Below, piece after piece: positions 46,555-58,300 of a DNA stretch of 64,000 nucleotides. How positions within the stretch are numbered: position 1 is the first letter of the stretch; each line of letters begins with the position of its first letter. Below the pieces are notes generated by a model, which saw only the letters and a program-made list of their open reading frames with translations, did no database searches and was not told the DNA's origin. Source of the stretch: Lepidodermella squamata (taxonomy: Eukaryota > Animalia > Gastrotricha). The stretch spans positions 930,001 to 994,000 of the forward strand of contig JBLDXI010000001.1 of the NCBI GenBank assembly GCA_047495785.1. Reading direction: 5' to 3'. A program made the translations under genes and the position numbers.

Positions 46555-47754
46555 ATGGTTTATGTTTACCCTTTCCTGTCGAAAGAAGTCCTGGATGGCT
46601 TTAAATACAAATACAAATATAGCTCCAAGGACACGAGTCCTTTTTCAAACTATGTCATGCATCCGTTTTGGGATCGTTTGGTTTTGCTGTGTCCTAAATG
46701 GGTCGCTCCAAACTTGCTAACGTTCCTTGGATTTCTCTCTCTAACTGCACAAATTACAGCTCTAGCTTTCTTTGATCCGAATTTCAATGGCACCGAAAAT
46801 CGTTCTATTCCCGGATGGGTTTGGCTCATGTCGGCAATTGCTGTTTTTGTTGCTCATCAACTTGATGGCATTGACGGGAAACAAGCCCGTCGAACTGGCG
46901 CCAGTGGGCCTCTCGGCGAGTTGTTTGATCACGGTGTTGATAGCTTGTCTACTTTCTTCCTTCCTTGTGGTTTATTCTCACTCTTCGGCCACGGAGCTGT
47001 CGGACAGCCTCCGATCATTTTCCTGTTCGGTCTCTACACTATTCAGCTGCCATTTGTAATTGCCCAGTGGGAGAAATATCTTACTGGAATTCTGTACCTC
47101 CCGTGGTCATACGACATTGGCATGGCTGGCGTTGCAGCTACTTATTTCTTTACGTGGTACGGCGGCGGAGCGGAACTCTGGACATCAACACCGATTGCAG
47201 GTTATAAGATGTCAACGGTTCTCGTTGCTGCTTGTTTCTTCTCACTGGTTTTTTCGACTGTGGTGACAATTAAAAACATTTACGACTCGTACGCTAATAA
47301 AACTGGTCGCATGATTAATAGCTTTTACGAAGCCACCCTTCCCATGTTTTCGCCAACCGTGCTGATGGTCGCTGTTGTCGCGTGGGCAATTTATTCGCCG
47401 GGAAGCGTTTTGGAAAAGCATGAGCGATGGGTCTTGACGTTGCAAGGATTTATTTTCTCAAACATTGCTACTCGCTTAATCGTCAGCCATATGTCTCTCA
47501 CCCGTAATCAGCCGGTCAATGCATTTGTTGCGCTGCTTGTAACTGGTCTTGGGGTGCTCGCTGGCGGTGTTTATACCCTCGGAGCCAAACATGCTCTCGT
47601 CTTGGCTTTCGAATATTACTTTTTGATTGGATTCACGGTGTTTGTTGTTGTAGGCCACCTGTATTACGGCTTCTGCGTTGTCAACCAAATGGCTGATCAT
47701 CTGGGTATTTTTGTGTTCAAAATCAAGCCTAAAACTGCGGAGGCTAAGAAGTAG
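46555..47754 (+). CDS. EPT1: Ethanolaminephosphotransferase 1 (SELENOI-like CDP-alcohol phosphotransferase), single coding exon
   Basis: YKYSSKDTSPFSNYVMHPFW; WVAPNLLTFLG; DGIDGKQARRTGASGPLGELFDHGVD; WEKYLTGILYLPWSYD. Confidence 0.92.
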   Translation: MVYVYPFLSKEVLDGFKYKYKYSSKDTSPFSNYVMHPFWDRLVLLCPKWVAPNLLTFLGFLSLTAQITALAFFDPNFNGTENRSIPGWVWLMSAIAVFVAHQLDGIDGKQARRTGASGPLGELFDHGVDSLSTFFLPCGLFSLFGHGAVGQPPIIFLFGLYTIQLPFVIAQWEKYLTGILYLPWSYDIGMAGVAATYFFTWYGGGAELWTSTPIAGYKMSTVLVAACFFSLVFSTVVTIKNIYDSYANKTGRMINSFYEATLPMFSPTVLMVAVVAWAIYSPGSVLEKHERWVLTLQGFIFSNIATRLIVSHMSLTRNQPVNAFVALLVTGLGVLAGGVYTLGAKHALVLAFEYYFLIGFTVFVVVGHLYYGFCVVNQMADHLGIFVFKIKPKTAEAKK

Positions 47755-48271
47755 ATCGATAATAGCAGATATCAAGTATTACATTTGTAGTGTATTGCTG
47801 TTAAATAATAAGCGTAATAAAAATAATGCATCGAAACAGCATTTGATCTAACATGGTCTGTAATAGTTTTATCAAAGTCGTGCGTCTTCAAATGAATGAT
47901 CAAAACTGATATCAGCGTTTGTACCACTTCTCTATATACGTTTTATTAACCATTATTTTGGCTATTGTAAACTTGAGATATTGTTGCTTTCTAGCGCTGA
48001 ATTGACAGCTGTCGCCGGTCTTTGAATTGAAACCAAGTGAAAAATCCGATATCTTTGGATTTAAAAATGGATGCCAAACACCCGCTAGCCCGATTATATT
48101 TTGAGTCGTTTAACTGATATTAACATTTGCCATACTGTGTCTTGTGTCTTTATGCACTAGCCTATCTTTTCATTACTCTGTTTTTGTGTGATCGTCATGA
48201 TTTGTCCATTGTCAAATGAACCGGTATGTGATGTTTACTTTGTTTTTTTGTCATTTTAGAAGTTACAAATA

Positions 48272-50426
48272 ATGAAGGCTAAGAAAGCCCCTCAAAAGCT
48301 GCGGTCGCCGGCTGATACTGCAGCGGCCCTGGCTGAAACCAGTCGATCAAGCTACGTCAATGAGTCATCTTCCTCTTCATCTGCATCATCTCCGTCTCCA
48401 TCAGGGGCAACTTCGTCATTAATTGGCGACACAAGTGACAGTCGTGATCTGTCCCCTGTTCGATCTGTGCTCAAGCTGGAGAATTCTGCTCAAATTAATC
48501 GAGTCAGGCTGCGAAATATGCTCAAATTACCGAAAGTTTTAAGGTGGATGTGTTGCGAATGGTTTTTGTCCAACTTGGACGAAGCTAGTTTCCGCTTTGA
48601 AAACGAATTCGAGCGACTGTTATCAGAGCATTTTCCCTTACTTGGGACGAGAAATCTACGTCGCATGGAATGGGTGAGAATTCGTCGTATGTTGGGAAAA
48701 CCACGCCGTTGCTCACGGGCGTTTCTTGACGAAGAGCGACGTCAGTTGTCTGATAAACGTCGCCGGATTAGGTCGATTCAGCAGCGCAAAAACGCTGAAT
48801 TCGTTCCTGATGATTTAACCCATTTACCTGACCGCCTCCCACTACCATTAACCATTGGAACTCGGGTAATATCTATAGACTTCGGACCTAATGGAGTCAC
48901 CCTGGTTTCAGGCAGCCTGCAGGGTATTGATTCAATGCATTCTCAATTACGAGTTTTACTGGACAAACCAGTTTTATCCGCGGCTGGTTCGAGTAATTCA
49001 ACTGAAGGCAGTTTGATTTTGAAGTCATTCATGGACTGTGACGTTTCTTCATTTGGCGTCCATAACACGATTCCGACGAGTGGGTTGCTTCAAAAAACCC
49101 GAGTCAGGTCATGGCTTTTCCCTCAATCGCCTGCTTCAGGTGGCACACCCGGCGGGGCTGGCCAGCCCTCGTCGAGTTTTGCGGCAGCAATGGCTGCTTA
49201 TCAACAGCACCGTTACTCAGCAACGCCTCGAGGCGATTCTGCCCACGAGCCTGGTTCGGTGACCCCGAACCAAACCGGGTCGTCATCAGCCCAGGGCCAG
49301 TGCACGTCTGTTTGGGAATCCGGGTCTTCTAATATGCCGGCCCGGTTGTTAGCAACAATTGCTCGCCTGGCTCGAGTTCTAGCCGTTAAAAAGGAGCTAA
49401 TCGCCCGAGTTCGCGAACTCAGCATGCGAGCTGAACGTTTGAAGTCTTACGACCAAGCTTACCCTGATGAGCTGAAACAGAGCTTTTCCGGCCTGGTGAG
49501 TAATTTTCTAAGAATTGTCTGATATAATTGTTGTTTGCTACTTTGAGAAATGTCTAAGTGGCGCCATTTTGTCTAGGTTAGTCTGATAAGGAGAACTAGT
49601 TTTTTCGACACTGATAAGTTCAGACTTTGCGATAATAGCGTCACCTTAAACCTTCATCAGTCAATTTTAAAAGGGTCCACAAAATTTCTTGATAGATTAT
49701 TATCAGTATTTTCATATCAGTATTTTTGCTTTTCAGGCGCTGAGCTTAGACCAGCTAAACCGCGATTTGTCTTCCCACTTGGTCGAAATCCAAAGACTAG
49801 TCGGCTGCGGGTGTTCCCAGAACAATTCCGGCGGCCAGGGTAGTTTCTTGGTCGCAGCTTTTGGCGACCCGATCGCACAACATGGGCTACACGCGACTAA
49901 CGTGGCCGGCATTTGCAGTGGCAATGCTGGCACTGCCACCGCGGTACCTGGCGTTTGCGACGTGGCGAAAGATGTCTCAGATACCGGCGGTATGGACATG
50001 GTCCAACGGCTCAATAGCCAGACCGGCAGGAAGCAGGTCCACGACCGGAGGTCCCTTGATCTCATCACAAAGCTGACGTCTTTAATGGTCCAAATCCAGT
50101 TATTGGGCGATGACGATGGCGCCGCGGGTCTCGCTGCCCTAAACGCGAATGTCAATTCAAACGCAATAGCCGGGCTGGTCGGGGCTTTGACCAATAACTC
50201 GGGAAATAACTCAAATTCAAACGCTGCCGTTTTACAAGGGCTCGGTTCGAGTCACCAATTGGCGGCGTTGCAAAAATCGATCCAATCGATCAAAGATTCG
50301 CTTGATCCGTCGAATCAGCGCGCGTTTTTTGAAAACGTGGAGGTCCACCTTAACGTCATCAAAAGCGGCATACTTCAGGCCGGCAATCTCTTTATGTTTA
50401 CGCAGCAGAATGGCACAGCCAGTTGA
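48272..50426 (+). CDS. LIN9: LIN-9 (DREAM/MuvB core subunit, DIRP domain); exons 48272-49495, 49737-50426
   Basis: LRNMLKLPK..RWMCCEWFLSNLD; RMEWVRIRRMLGKPRRCSRAFLDEER; C-terminal IKDSLDPSNQRAFFENVEVHL. Confidence 0.92.
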
Positions 50427-52363
50427 TTTTGTTCAAGTTTTGTTGCCCGTTATATAATACTTATTTCCACCTCATCATTTCGACGTGTATCAGTTTTTGT
50501 GAGGTCAAGAATAAAATTCTAACCGCCATTATTGCATAGCAACACGTCTGTTATTCTGTCTACTAGTACTTGTGCTGCATTTATACGATAATTTCCTAGC
50601 AAAATGATTTTTTATCGCTTGTGTCTTTTCGTAATAAAATAAAATTGGTTTGATGTGGCGTTATTGATTTATGAAAGGGACACTTTTTATTGCTAGGTTC
50701 TGGTTTTCATCGATTCGCAATGTTTACATCTGATTTTATTGCTGGCAGTGGCGAAGATTGTTTTGATCTACTCAAGTATATCTGAAGAGGTGTTTGCTTT
50801 CGTTAAATCGAATGTAGTTACGTTTCATGATCATTGAAAAAGTTACACGGGAAGCTCGAGCAGGAGAAGAATCGGATGAAGCGCAGGTATATTTTATTGC
50901 TTTATTTCTCGAATATAAAATGAAAGATGTTAGCAAAACAATATACAAGCCCACGCGAGCGCAAAATCATCTGCTGCTCTCGTTATTATATCAATTGCCA
51001 TGTTGCTACAGCAGACGCTTCGCGCGCTTGCCTTCGAACACGTGGTTATGTTCAGACGAAACATCTAGAAATGGTTTTATTGCAGCGTACTATATTGCTC
51101 GCAGATATATGATTCATGCGAGAAGAATAATATCCACAATGCTTTCATCACTCTCGACCCTTCTATCAATCCACGGAGCAGATTTACGACTCAAACCTTG
51201 CAGATAACCATCAAATGATTATGTGTGGCCCAGAAATAAAGCAACACTTTTTATTCATTTTTATTTCGAGGCCTGTTCCGTTGAATTTCGTGAATGAAAT
51301 TCGTTATTTGAGAAATCACGTCTACCGAATAAATCTGCCTTAATGTTTCGTTTTTTAAATTCCTCGCCTAATTTTATCGACATTGAATCATTTTTTATTG
51401 AGAAGGCTCATGGCTTGTTACTTTTTGTGGAGAAAGGTAAAGTTATATTTTTTCCAAAAGTGATTTTCGGCATTTATTACCTAATTGCGATAAATTGCAT
51501 GACTCATCACAAGATGGCCTCATGTGTTTGTTGAACTCAGCGGTGCTACTTCCGTGCGAAGAAAGCATGAACGGGCGCGCCTATTTGATATCGCAGGACT
51601 GGTTGCTTATTGTTTTATTCGCAGAACTCAACATCGCTACCTACTTGTTCGGCGTTGCAGCAGTAGGTGTGTATAGGGCGCTTCGATGTGCGGAGATGAA
51701 ACAACTGAAAGCGGCGAAAAATAACCCGTGTTTCTCCGGCCGCCATCCCCCGCTACTTGGCAACGTTTTTTAGCCGATCGACTTGCTGCTGCTGTTGCTA
51801 CATCGACGCATGAAAGCGCAAATCAACATTCCCCGTCGAGAAACGGCCGCAGAAACGTGAAGCATCGGCGATAGTAAAAGGAGGCGCCGATTGCTATCTA
51901 CAACTGTAGTGATGCGAAAGCGCGCATAAGGCATTCGCCCCATTTGACACGCCGATACATTACTGTGGCGAGCAGCCATATAAAACAGGGCTGTGGGTTA
52001 TATTCACCAAGCAGGCATGTTTAATAGTTTTTCTCATTTACAGCACTTGTAACTCACCGTTTCGCATCACGTACACCTGGTAGCATCATGTCAGGCTGGA
52101 GTTATCGATAGCCCATTTCGCAAGCATCCATAATACCAATCCGCAATATATCAAGCAATAACAGCATGAAGGCTAGCCTCATCTTCATGCATGTTTCGTG
52201 TTGCATATATTATGCCTGTCAACAAAACAACCTGAAATAGTTTTTTGTTATCCATATTTGTTTCTGCTTGATTGCATCGTACCAGTTTAGGTCAAGATTG
52301 GTTGAATAGGTCATTTTTTGTTGAATATCATAGGGCTGCTGGCGGCGTTTTAATTATTGAAAA

Positions 52364-55300
52364 ATGTCCGCTACGCCGCCTAAAATCTTGAAAAAGCCCA
52401 CTATAAAGCCAGAGCTTGGAGGCAAACGTATTTTATTCACTGCTTCGGTAAATTTGACATTTAAAAGCTGTGAAATTGCGAACTTTTCCGTACTTTTTTC
52501 AAGGTGGAATGTACCCCTGAGCCCAGCGTTCAGTGGTTCAAAAATAACGCGCCCATCACTGCGTCCGCCAAGTACACTATCGAGGTCAACAAAGCGAAGG
52601 CACCCAAGTAATAATAATAATGTAATTGATTAAGGCGGACGATACATTGTTACATTATTGATAGTTACGAGTTGATACTGCGGGTCAATGACGTGAAGAA
52701 GGACGATGCAGGCGAGTACCGCGTGGTGGCGAAGACGGACGCTGGCGAGGCTCGCGAGACGATGAATCTGAACTTTTGTAAGTTGTGTTTACAAGCCACC
52801 TTAACACAAGTGGTTGTGTGTGTAACAATTTCGAGTCAGTAGTCGCTACATGTGTAATATACGTCAAACCCATTGATAGGATGACCGGATATCTCATTAT
52901 TAAACGCTTTATTTCCTTTCATTATTGAAAAGGCGCGCAAACACTCGACGCGTTTGGCCATCACGCTTCATAGCTGCAACCACCTTAAACAGGGGGCTAT
53001 CACGATCTTTTATTGTTATGAGATGGTCCGGGCACCGTGATGACACCATTTCTGTGCCAACCGCTGTGTGCGTTCGGGCAATATTAATGATGGTAAATAT
53101 AATTTATTATTATTGTGTCCCATGCGCTGGTTAGCGGTGAAAAACAAGAAGAGGGTTTTGCTTTTTGAGTCATCTCGATCGACGAGCCAGAATCTTTTGT
53201 TCGCAATTTGTAGGGTGTGTAGATCGCGGCGCACGGCTCTTGACTCGCGGACCGGGACGTGTCTCGCGTGCTACCGTGTTTACCAACCTCGGCTTGGCTT
53301 TTTTCCTTGGCGCTATTATTATTTTTTCGGGCGGCGCGCGCGCGCGCACAACTCGCCCTATTAAGGCGGCGGCGCATGCGGCAGGTAAAGACGCGCCGGT
53401 TACAATGTGCACAGCGTATATCTATGTTGTTTGACAACTGAGTGGTAACTCAAATCGCTGAGCCATCGCCGCTGACTCGTATCTATCTACTACATTACCG
53501 GTCGCTCTCCGAGAGACACGATCATCGACGCTGCTTTATTCATCCTATAGAAAACAACGTTTCTTCATAGCAATATTATTATACACCTATAGCTACATAA
53601 ATTCTTTAATACGTTTTTCTTGCGTTTGAAAAAACAACGTCTTATTGTCAAGCATATTAAGGTCGTACTATTAAGATAAAAACGACCTGAAGCTAGAGCC
53701 AAATACGCTACATAAATAAAACTCTCTCGATGGCTTCGCATCAACCTGGCGGCAATAACAGCCAACAGCCATCACCGTTCGGCTGTTCGGGACTCTCGCG
53801 GCGCCGGCACAACAAGATCATTCCGATAAATGATAGCCAGATGCAAATGCTGCGCGAGACCCTTGAAGAGTCCGATGCGATGTACGAAAGCGAGGAATTG
53901 CGAAGTGAAGAAGTCGCGGCGATGACGCAACGCCGGCGATCGCGATCAGCCTCCTCCTCGTCGCAGCAACTTATCAGTGGATGGATGTGCATCGAACCGC
54001 CCACCTTGACTAACCCCTTCTCATGCATTCCACTTCATCACCAAGGTCCGAATTTTTTATTCAAAAATTTATTGAAGATAGAAATTATTTAGGGAACATT
54101 TTCCAATTCTTAAATTTAAACCTAACTTGTTACGCTTGATTGGCATTGAATAAATGTAGCTACTTAAATTACTGAATCTTCCCATCACTTTTCCTGGATT
54201 TTCCCCATTACTTTTTCCCCAGGGGTTGCAAGACTTTTGTATCAATAATGCAATCATTGTTATTATTTTTTCTCTGTTTACCTTTTTTCGACTTGAGTAT
54301 GCTGCGGCTGTATTAGGAAAAAGGAAAGCTTTACAGCCATAAATGCGACGCGCTCATTGAGGTGAAATACGATATCACTCTGGTTGCGTAAAAAATGCGA
54401 CCTTGTTTCCTACATGGCCTGATCGATGAATCATAATAACCCATGGCATTCTATTTATAATCAAACAAGTTTTTGAAACAAAAAGATAAAACGGGAACTT
54501 GGAATTTTTCTACAATTTCCTTAAAATCTGATGTAATTGAATTTAATTCTCTTTCTTGTTTTCATTCAACAGCAACTCAGTCAAAGTAAGTTTGAATTTT
54601 GCTTCACTAAAATTCATCGATTTATTCGAAATATTCAGGGACGGAATCGCACCGAATTTCACGAAACCACCAGCCATCAAACAGAAAGGTGGAAGCGTTG
54701 TTGTTTTGAGCTGCCAGGTCGCGGCTAAACCCGCACCGACTGTTACCTGGTTCAAAGAAACCGAGCAGATCAAAATCGACAACAGTGAGATTTTTCAACC
54801 TTAAATTCTAGATAATTATTTAATTTTATTTTAGAGCGCTACGTTGCCGAATGCACCCCTGTGCAATTTGAGCAGAATAATTACACGATATCGCTGACCA
54901 TCAACGATGTAACGGATAAAGATGCCGCGGCGTATAAAGCCGTCGCTAAGAACGACAGCGGCGAATCCGCGGCCGCGTTCAACATCCGGCAGAGCGAGAA
55001 GAAGGCCTCAACCGGCCAAGCGGAACTGCGACCCAACTTCGTCGCGCAGCCTAAAATTCGTCAATCAGCCGAGGGCGTGACTTTCGAATGCATTTTCTCA
55101 AGCGAAGACACGCAAATCGACGTCACTTGGATGCATAACGGCGCCGTGTGTGCGACCGGTGCCGACGGCAAGTACCTGACCAGTGTCCAGCCGGTTGTTG
55201 GCGAGCAGAAATTCCGCTACACGGCCTCGCTGATGGTCAGACGCGTTGTCATAGCTGATGGCGGCGAGTACAAATGTATCGCGAAAAATTCGCATGGCGA

Positions 55301-58300
55301 AAATTTGGCGAACATCAACCTCAACATTGATAGTAAGAATCCTCGCTTTCGGTCCGCCTTAAATATTGTTTTCAATTTTTCTCTAGAATCTGATGGCCAA
55401 GCTCCATCTTTTGTCGAAAAGCCGATTATTCGTTACGTTGGTCGGGACATTATTGTCGTGTCTGTTATTAAGGCATCACCGAATCCGGAGGTCTCCTGGC
55501 AGCGAACTGTTCCAGCGCCGGCTGTTCCTGTCTACCAAAACGCGACCAAGTACACGATTTCTCGTGAAACCATTCAGGAGGGCGTTTTCAAAGTTTCCCT
55601 CGTCATCAAAGTATTTTGTTTGCCTTCGAATTTTCGCACTTATGAAATCTGTGATTTTTAGAATTTTGCGGTTGGCGATAATGGAACTTACTCCGTTACG
55701 GTCAAAAACCCATTGGGTGAAGCTATCGGGAATGCTGAGGTCACATTCAGTAAGTATAACTCTTATCTGTTTCACATGGATTGGGCTCTTCGAAGTTTCA
55801 ATCCGAAATCGAGTTTAATCTAGAAATTGATCCTAATTTTAGCTTTGACCGCTAACCAATTTCAACCATTTCGGTTTTGGCTCTGGAGCCAATTCCAAGT
55901 TGAATACTTCTCAATGTAATTCGCTTTGTGCTCCAAAGGATTCATTTATCAAAAATTGAGCTACATAAGCCAAGCATATTATAAATCGTGTCGCCAATTG
56001 CCGAGCGATTTTTACCAAATTTATCAAAGAAATTTTGGGATTTTGAATCGTAAATTTCTGAAAGTCTGAAATATTAAGCAGCGACGATATTTGTAAAATT
56101 TGCAAGTCAAATTGTTTGTTGACAGCTATTTTTGCCTTCAAATTTATTCTTATGCTAAACAAATATTACCAGTGAATATGCCGTATTTTTCCCAGGCTTC
56201 TAAAATTTTTGAAAAATTCGAAAATTAATTTTTGGCGAATCGTTCGTTTTTTATGTTTTTATTTTCGAACCGACTTCACCCCTCTACCCTAGGCTACTAT
56301 TGGAACAATTACGATATGGGGTATGAAGATGGCCGGTTACTATTTTTTGCTTGAAAGTCGATTGTTATATCGGAATTGTGACCTAGTTATAGATGCCAAA
56401 TGCGAATTGACCTGAATTCGTCAAATAAGTGCTTTATCAAATTTTTATTTATTTTATTCACTGATTTCCATGTGATTCTTTTCGCTTTCAGTTCAACACG
56501 AAAGCGAGACGGCGCCTCAGGTCGATAAGAACAGTTTTAAGAGCCGGCGATCGAGCAACGGCCAGGGCGTTGTTCTCGGTGTTGATTTCGACGCTTACCC
56601 GATGCCGAGCGTCAAGTGGCTGCGAAACAACCTAGAACTATGCAACAGCTCGGGCTACAGCTCGAGCAGCAAGTACGAATCGCACATCATCCGAGATAGT
56701 AAATCGTCAAAGTACCGCTCCGAGTTGTTCGTGCAGGTATATTACGCGCCCCTGAGTGCCTTTGTTACTTTTTACTACACTCATTTGTTAGTAGAAAGCT
56801 ATTACTTGATCAAAATGGCCCATCTTTGATTAGAGCCGATGTATTTTTTATACTTTTGTTATTGCTATAATAATATCACTAAGCGTTATAATATGTTTCA
56901 ATTTTTCCGTTTTGCCCAACCATCATGTAGAACTTCCAATCAGCCACCGATGCTGGCACTTACGAAGCGTTGTTTTCGAACGAGCTCGGCGAGGCGCGCC
57001 TCAAGTCCGAAGTTGCAGCCGATGGGTACGCACTGTTTTTTCGCTCAATTATTTATATTACGACGATACCTTCATTTCAATTGTTCGCTCTCGGCCGAAC
57101 ATATGTTTCGCGGCCAAAAAATTAGGTATATATTCTAACGGACGTGTTGCGGCGAAACCGGTATAACGGGCGCGGTTTTTTATATACAGAATACGCAGTG
57201 TATTAATTTGGCGTAGGTAGGCTAAATGCATTGTACGCGAGCGCGGCTTTTCTGTTTTCGTATAATTTTGGTGAAATTATCTCGAGAAAAATTATAATAA
57301 AGCCCCACGCGCTTTTTGCGTTGTAACCGCAACTTATAGGTATTGCACCGGGGCGATCCATTAAATTCCAGAATCGTACCCGTATTTGTATTATTCAATT
57401 TGTATAGCAGCGATACGCCTTGGCAAGTAATATGTTGCTACAAAAACGAACGCGCTCCCGGCGCATTAAGTGAAAAGTGATATAAGAGGCGCGGCAGGGC
57501 TCCGGGATCGGGTTTAAACCCGACTTTTTTTTAGCTACCTCTAACCACCATCGATCGCCATATTATTGTTATAAGATTGCTTTCTGAACAACAACGTTAC
57601 AAATACTGTGGTATCAGAAAGACGGCAAGAAATAACATGGTATTTTTTCTGCCGCGTGCCCACCGGTGTGTATTGATACGCGCCGCGAGTTCGTCGAGCG
57701 AGCGCGCCCGTGCCGCGCTCGCCTTTTTTGTGCACGGCTACTGAAACGTAACTGGTAAGTGAACACACAGCGCCGCGGAAAACGCGCGCTGAGAAGCGGG
57801 ACGGAAGCACAAAGAGATAAAAACCAATAATAATCGTGTATATAATATCGCAAAAGACAATAATATTTTTATATCACACACGAGTGTTGGTACTATTATT
57901 ATTGTTTTCGGAAAAGGCGCTCATTATAATTTGACCAAAATATATTATACTACCTCAATGGTAATATCCACCAATATAACAAGACAATCCGGTGGGTTAT
58001 TATATTGTTGTATGAAGATGGGAGCGCGATATCACGAGCGGGGCTAGTTCTATAGGTAAGAGTCGCACATTAGCCCATTGTAATGCGGCTAACTACTCCT
58101 ACAACGATACGGCCCTCTCTCTATATAGCTCGAAAAAAGAACGTGCTACTGAAAAACGCGCTGACTTGTGTCTCGTTTATACACATTATATCCGTCCATA
58201 GCAGGCCGTGTTATTACTGCAGACCATGATCGGCCGGTAGGTCGGGTAACTGTTGGGATGAGAAGCGAAATCACTGGATCGCGTTTCATTCACTACACCC

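Noticed and set aside
50772-52000. ORFs between LIN9 and twitchin
   Set aside because: No recognisable protein features; probably twitchin upstream regulatory or UTR sequence.
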